A DNA stretch of 64,000 nucleotides, taken from positions 32,001 through 96,000 of the forward strand of contig JBGAON010000005.1 in assembly GCA_044221725.1 (NCBI GenBank), written 5' to 3'. Both the position numbers and the translations under genes were made by a program. The notes below the pieces were generated by a model, which saw only the letters and a program-made list of their open reading frames with translations, was not told the origin of the DNA and searched no databases. The DNA comes from Elusimicrobiota bacterium (GTDB taxonomy: Bacteria; Elusimicrobiota; Elusimicrobia; F11). Shown here one piece after another: positions 60,301-64,000 of the stretch (the stretch's first letter is position 1; every line of letters begins with the position of its first letter).

Positions 60301-61521
60301 AGCGGCGCCGTTCGTTACCATGGCGTGCGCACGCTGACGAACCGCGAAGGAAACGAAATCTGCGTGTCGCGAAATGGTTTCTTATCCATTCGTGAAACCG
60401 GCGGAAAAGAACGCAACCATTACGAAGTTCCGTACGGTGCGCGCGTGAAAGTGGCCGAAAATAAGCACGCTGAGAAAGGCGACCTGCTCGTTGAGTGGGA
60501 CCCGTACTCGCTTCCGATTATTACGGAAGAAGAAGGAACCGTGAAGCTCGAGGACGTCACCGAAGGTATCACGCTCCACGAAGAAAAGAACCGCATCACC
60601 GGTCTTATCGAAAGAAAAATTATTGAACACCGCGTGGAAGCTTTGCATCCGCAAGTTGTCGTTATCGGCAAATCAGGCAAAGCGGTCGCAACGTATCCGC
60701 TGCCGGTTGACACAAACCTCGTCGTTCAAGACGGCGACAAAGTGAAACAGGGCGATATCGTGGCGAAGATTCCGCAAGAAATCTCGAAGTCGAAAGATAT
60801 CACCGGCGGTCTGCCGCGCGTTGCCGAATTGTTCGAAGCGCGCAAACCGAAGAGCCCGGCCGTTATCTCGGAAATCGAAGGAACCGTGAAACTTGCTTCG
60901 ACACCCAAAGGTGGCCTCAAAGTCATCGTGACGAACGAAGACACGGGCTTGCAACGCGACTACAACGTGCCGCAAGGCAAACACTTGGTCGTGTACGAAG
61001 GGGACCGCGTCGGTGTTGGTGAGCCCATCGTGGACGGAGCAATCAACCCGCACGACATCTTGAAAGTCAAAGGTGCCAAAGAAGTGCAGGAATTCCTCGT
61101 GAACGAAATTCAAGAGGTGTACCGTCTGCAAGGCGTTATCATCAACGATAAACACATTGAAATCATCGTGCGCCGCATGTTGTCGAATGTGGCCATCACG
61201 AAATCCGGAGCAACAGATTTGTTGGCCGGAGAAATTGTGCCGCGCACGCGTTTTGCGGCGCTGAACAAAGGCGTGAAACGCGGTGAGCAGGCCGAAGCGC
61301 AGCCGGTGCTTTTGGGTATCACGAAAGCATCGTTGGCGTCCGAGTCCTTTATCTCAGCAGCCAGCTTCCAAGAAACGACGCGCGTGCTTGTGGAAGCGGC
61401 AACGACCGGTGCGGTTGACGAACTGCTTGGTCTCAAAGAAAACGTAATCATCGGTCATTTAATCCCGGCGGGAACGGGCTTCTATGAACGGAAACTAATT
61501 GAAGAGTCGGAGAAGAAATAA
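57373..61521 (+). CDS. rpoC: RNA polymerase beta' subunit
   Basis: NADFDGDQM, the Zn finger, and SAASFQET. Confidence 0.99.
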   Translation: MDTITIDKKKDLPRAGKKKGVPAVNFSDFDSIRLSVASPEEIRSWSHGEVRKPETINYRTFKPERDGLFCERIFGPVRDWECACGKYKYIKYKGTVCDRCGVEVTEAKVRRERMGSIELAVPVAHVWYLRKAPSRIGSLLGIRLTDLEKICYYARFVVLEDIKSEDGKVKFPAKTLLTDEEYHKVRQEYGEKVKVGIGADAIRQLLERIDLPGEVKYIRERFKNIESEAERNKLIKRLRIVEGFLHSKSRPEWMVLTVLPVIPPDLRPLVPLEGGRFATSDLNDLYRRIINRNNRLKHIESLRAPEVMIHNEKRLLQEAVDALIENGARGKVVVGAGGRPLKSLSDILKGKQGRFRQNLLGKRVDYSGRSVIVVGPNLKMNQCGLPKEMALELFKPFIIRELMKRENITLKAAKRMLERVKPEIWDILEQVTKDLPILLNRAPTLHRLGVQAFMPVLIEGKSIQLHPLTCAAFNADFDGDQMAVHVPLSIEAQLEAKLLMLASNNILSPASGKPIAVPSQDMILGIAYMTKMKRGVLGEGRFFATREEVTSAFQNETISLHARIKVAGINKLVEDGLSEDDQRNPDKWTSWTTVGRVIFNGIVPPEMGYIDVNITKKEISKLVDRAYRELGAYRTSTFLDQIKKLGYTYATKAGLSISVQDFHIPSQKNELVTKAFAQAKEIAKQAKMGIITDSERYNKIIDLWTHVTDSIADHMFDQMQKQEADKLKEGAKKFNPVFLMADSGARGSRQQIRQLGGMRGLMQKPQKKLTGAVGEIIENPVIANFREGLSVLEYFISTHGGRKGLADTALKTADAGYLTRRLVDVAHDIVVTEEDCKTINGVSVGTLMTGEDVIETLEERVIGRVTLDNIVDPLTDEVIVKANEMISDEQAKKITKASIDRLRIRSILTCEAKHAVCTKCYGLNLATGRMVEVGEAVGIIAAQSIGEPGTQLTLRTFHIGGTASRVIQQSQVLAKESGAVRYHGVRTLTNREGNEICVSRNGFLSIRETGGKERNHYEVPYGARVKVAENKHAEKGDLLVEWDPYSLPIITEEEGTVKLEDVTEGITLHEEKNRITGLIERKIIEHRVEALHPQVVVIGKSGKAVATYPLPVDTNLVVQDGDKVKQGDIVAKIPQEISKSKDITGGLPRVAELFEARKPKSPAVISEIEGTVKLASTPKGGLKVIVTNEDTGLQRDYNVPQGKHLVVYEGDRVGVGEPIVDGAINPHDILKVKGAKEVQEFLVNEIQEVYRLQGVIINDKHIEIIVRRMLSNVAITKSGATDLLAGEIVPRTRFAALNKGVKRGEQAEAQPVLLGITKASLASESFISAASFQETTRVLVEAATTGAVDELLGLKENVIIGHLIPAGTGFYERKLIEESEKK

Positions 61522-61910
61522 TGCCAACAACCAGTCAACTCATTCGCGGTATTCGCGAAGCACAAACCAGCAAAACAAAATCTCCGGCGCTTGAGAATTG
61601 TCCGCAGCGTCGCGGAGTTTGCACGCAGGTAAAGACAACGACACCGAAGAAACCAAATTCCGCGCTTCGAAAAATCGCGCGTGTGAAATTGACCACCGGT
61701 GTTGAGGTGACCGCCTACATTCCCGGTGTCGGTCATAACTTGCAAGAACACTCGATCGTCATGATTCGCGGCGGCCGCGTGAAAGACTTGCCCGGTGTGC
61801 GTTATCACATCATTCGCGGTGTGCTCGATTCCGCTGGGGTGACCGACCGCAAACAAGGTCGTTCCAAATACGGAGCGAAGCGACCCAAAGCCAAAGAAGG
61901 AGCGAAATAA
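61521..61910 (+). CDS. rpsL: 30S ribosomal protein S12
   Basis: [10 protein letters not shown] and [12 protein letters not shown]. Confidence 0.99.
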   Translation: MPTTSQLIRGIREAQTSKTKSPALENCPQRRGVCTQVKTTTPKKPNSALRKIARVKLTTGVEVTAYIPGVGHNLQEHSIVMIRGGRVKDLPGVRYHIIRGVLDSAGVTDRKQGRSKYGAKRPKAKEGAK

Positions 61911-61913
61911 GCC

Positions 61914-62393
61914 ATGCCACGCAAAGATTTAAAAGCAAAAGATCGTCGCTCGGGACCGGGTCCAGATCCGGTTTACAAATCGGTGCTGGTCTCCCAGCTC
62001 GTGAACAAATTGATTTATGGCGGCAAGAAATCAACGGCCGAACGGATCATTTATGGTGCGTTGGAAAAGATTAAAGAAAAATCCGGCGAAGAACCGATGG
62101 CAACGTTCAACCGTGCGATCGAAAATGTTCGTCCGTTGCTCGAAGTGAAAGCCCGCCGCGTCGGTGGCGCAACATACCAAGTGCCGTCCGAAGTAACGCC
62201 GGCCCGCGGAACTGCTTTAGCGATGCGTTGGATCTTGACATTCTCTCAGTCCAAAACGGGTAAACCGATGAAAGAACGTTTGGCCGAAGAGCTTTTGGCG
62301 GCCAGCAAAAAAGAAGGACTTTCTATTAAGAAGCGCGAAGACACGCACAAAATGGCGGAAGCCAACAAAGCGTTCGCGCATTACCGTTGGTAA
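61914..62393 (+). CDS. rpsG: 30S ribosomal protein S7
   Basis: [11 protein letters not shown] and [13 protein letters not shown]. Confidence 0.99.
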   Translation: MPRKDLKAKDRRSGPGPDPVYKSVLVSQLVNKLIYGGKKSTAERIIYGALEKIKEKSGEEPMATFNRAIENVRPLLEVKARRVGGATYQVPSEVTPARGTALAMRWILTFSQSKTGKPMKERLAEELLAASKKEGLSIKKREDTHKMAEANKAFAHYRW

Positions 62394-62402
62394 ATTAATC
62401 CC

Positions 62403-64000
62403 ATGGCCACAGCGACAAAAGAAAAAGAAGTAGAAAAATCCAAAATCCGGAACATCGGAATCATTGCGCACATCGACGCGGGTAAAACCACGACGACCGA
62501 GCGTATCCTTTACTACACGGGGCGTATTTACAAGATCGGCGAAGTTCATGAAGGCAACACCGTCATGGACTGGATGGAGCAAGAACGTGAACGTGGTATT
62601 ACCATCACGTCGGCTGCCACGTATTGCACGTGGAAAGAATGCACGTACAACATTATCGATACCCCCGGCCACATTGACTTCACGGCCGAAGTGCAACGCT
62701 CGCTGCGGGTGTTGGATGGTGCGGTTGTTTTGCTCGACGGTTCGCAAGGTGTCGAGCCACAATCCGAAACCGTTTGGCGCCAAGCCACGGAATACCATGT
62801 GCCGCGCATTGTTTTCGCGAACAAAATGGACAAGCTCGGTGCGGATTTCTACATGTGTCTTGACTCCATCCACTCGAAGCTCGGTGCGAATGCGGTGGCG
62901 ATTCAGTTGCCGATCGGTATGGAATCAACGTTCAAAGGCATCATCGATTTGATCAAGATGAAAGCGCTCGTGTGGACCGGCGAAGAGCTCGGAGCAAAAT
63001 TTGAAGAAGTCGAAATTCCCGAAGACCAGCTCGAGCAAGCAAAAAAATATCGCGAGACGATGATTGAAAAGCTCGCGGACTTCGACGATGAGTTGGCACA
63101 CAAATATCTCGACGGCAAAGAAATTACCGTTGATGAAATTTACAAGGTCATGCGCAAAGCAACGATCACTGGAAAATTTTTCCCGTTCATGTGCGGCACA
63201 TCGTTCAAGAACAAAGGTGTTCAGCCGTTGCTTGATGCGGTTAATATGTACCTGCCATCGCCAGTAGAAGTTCCGACGTTGAAAGGGACCGATCCGGATA
63301 ACGGTGAAGAAGTAACGCGCGAGAAAATTGATTCAGCGCCGCTCACCGCTTTGGCATTCAAAATTCAAACCGACCCGCATGTCGGAAAATTAACGTTCGT
63401 TCGCGTGTATTCGGGCAAGCTCACCGCGGGCACCGAAGTTTATAACTCGACCAAGAAAACGCGTGAGCGCATCGGTCGCATCTTGCGCATGCACGCCGAC
63501 AAACGCGAAGAAGTTCAAGAAATCACCGCCGGTAACATTGGTGCCGTGATTGGTCTCAAAGGGGTAACGACCGGTCAAACCATTTCGGATGAAAACAAGC
63601 CGATTGTTATCGAGCCGCCGAAATTTCCAGAACCCGTGATCTCTCTCGCTATCGAACCGAAGTCGCAAGCCGATCAAGAGAAGCTTGGTATCGCCTTGGG
63701 TCGACTTGCCGAAGAAGATCCGACGTTCAAAATCCGAACCGATCAAGAAACAGGCCAGACGATTATTTCCGGTATGGGCGAACTGCACTTGGAAATTTTG
63801 GTCGACCGCATGAAGCGCGAATTTAAAGTCGAAGCGAACATCGGTAAGCCGCAAGTAGCGTACCGCGAAACCATTCGCAAGCAAGTGGAGCAAGAAGGCA
63901 AGTACATTAAACAATCCGGTGGTCGTGGTAACTATGGTCACGTTTGGGTCACGATTGAACCGAACGAAACCGGCAAAGGTTACGAGTTCATCGACAAGAT
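62403..64000 (+). CDS. fusA: Elongation factor G (truncated by window end)
   Basis: Translated by hand from ATG 62403: [35 protein letters not shown] and GMGELHLE. Confidence 0.98.
   Translation, partial: MATATKEKEVEKSKIRNIGIIAHIDAGKTTTTERILYYTGRIYKIGEVHEGNTVMDWMEQERERGITITSAATYCTWKECTYNIIDTPGHIDFTAEVQRSLRVLDGAVVLLDGSQGVEPQSETVWRQATEYHVPRIVFANKMDKLGADFYMCLDSIHSKLGANAVAIQLPIGMESTFKGIIDLIKMKALVWTGEELGAKFEEVEIPEDQLEQAKKYRETMIEKLADFDDELAHKYLDGKEITVDEIYKVMRKATITGKFFPFMCGTSFKNKGVQPLLDAVNMYLPSPVEVPTLKGTDPDNGEEVTREKIDSAPLTALAFKIQTDPHVGKLTFVRVYSGKLTAGTEVYNSTKKTRERIGRILRMHADKREEVQEITAGNIGAVIGLKGVTTGQTISDENKPIVIEPPKFPEPVISLAIEPKSQADQEKLGIALGRLAEEDPTFKIRTDQETGQTIISGMGELHLEILVDRMKREFKVEANIGKPQVAYRETIRKQVEQEGKYIKQSGGRGNYGHVWVTIEPNETGKGYEFIDK

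Overview
Core-chromosome window from a Gram-negative bacterium, most likely Elusimicrobiota. That assignment is judged by eye from the 16S sequence and the pilin style and is not verified. In order, the window holds: the 3' end of cysH, a Yip1-like gene, ppdK, a fused glcD-glcE gene and glcF, and two exported HEAT-repeat proteins. Next come a REC-GGDEF-EAL/laminaribiose phosphorylase/cNMP/AI-2E/Nfu/Mrp run, a four-lipoprotein LPP20-FlgT-DUF799-CsgG cluster, a Legionella PlaB-like phospholipase, rimO and a sugar-phosphate nucleotidyltransferase-PMM fusion. These are followed by parAB, mutY, rpsP-rimM-trmD-rplS-rnhB-yraN, queD, a pilin with two GT-C glycosyltransferases, comM, dprA, topA, queC and folB. 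The window ends with a full rRNA operon (16S-tRNA-Ala-tRNA-Ile-23S-5S), an outer-membrane beta-barrel gene and rplJL-rpoBC-rpsL-rpsG-fusA (partial). Best leads: (1) a candidate ~74-nt sRNA downstream of topA whose loop is complementary to the 5' leaders of dprA and comM, possibly a new RNA switch for natural competence; (2) a 141-bp palindromic element inserted in frame into a lipoprotein signal peptide; (3) a 21-bp bidirectional leaderless promoter; (4) a RimM reduced to its PRC barrel; (5) the rRNA operon running almost gap-free into an OMP gene and rplJ. All homology calls are from recalled motifs; no searches were run.
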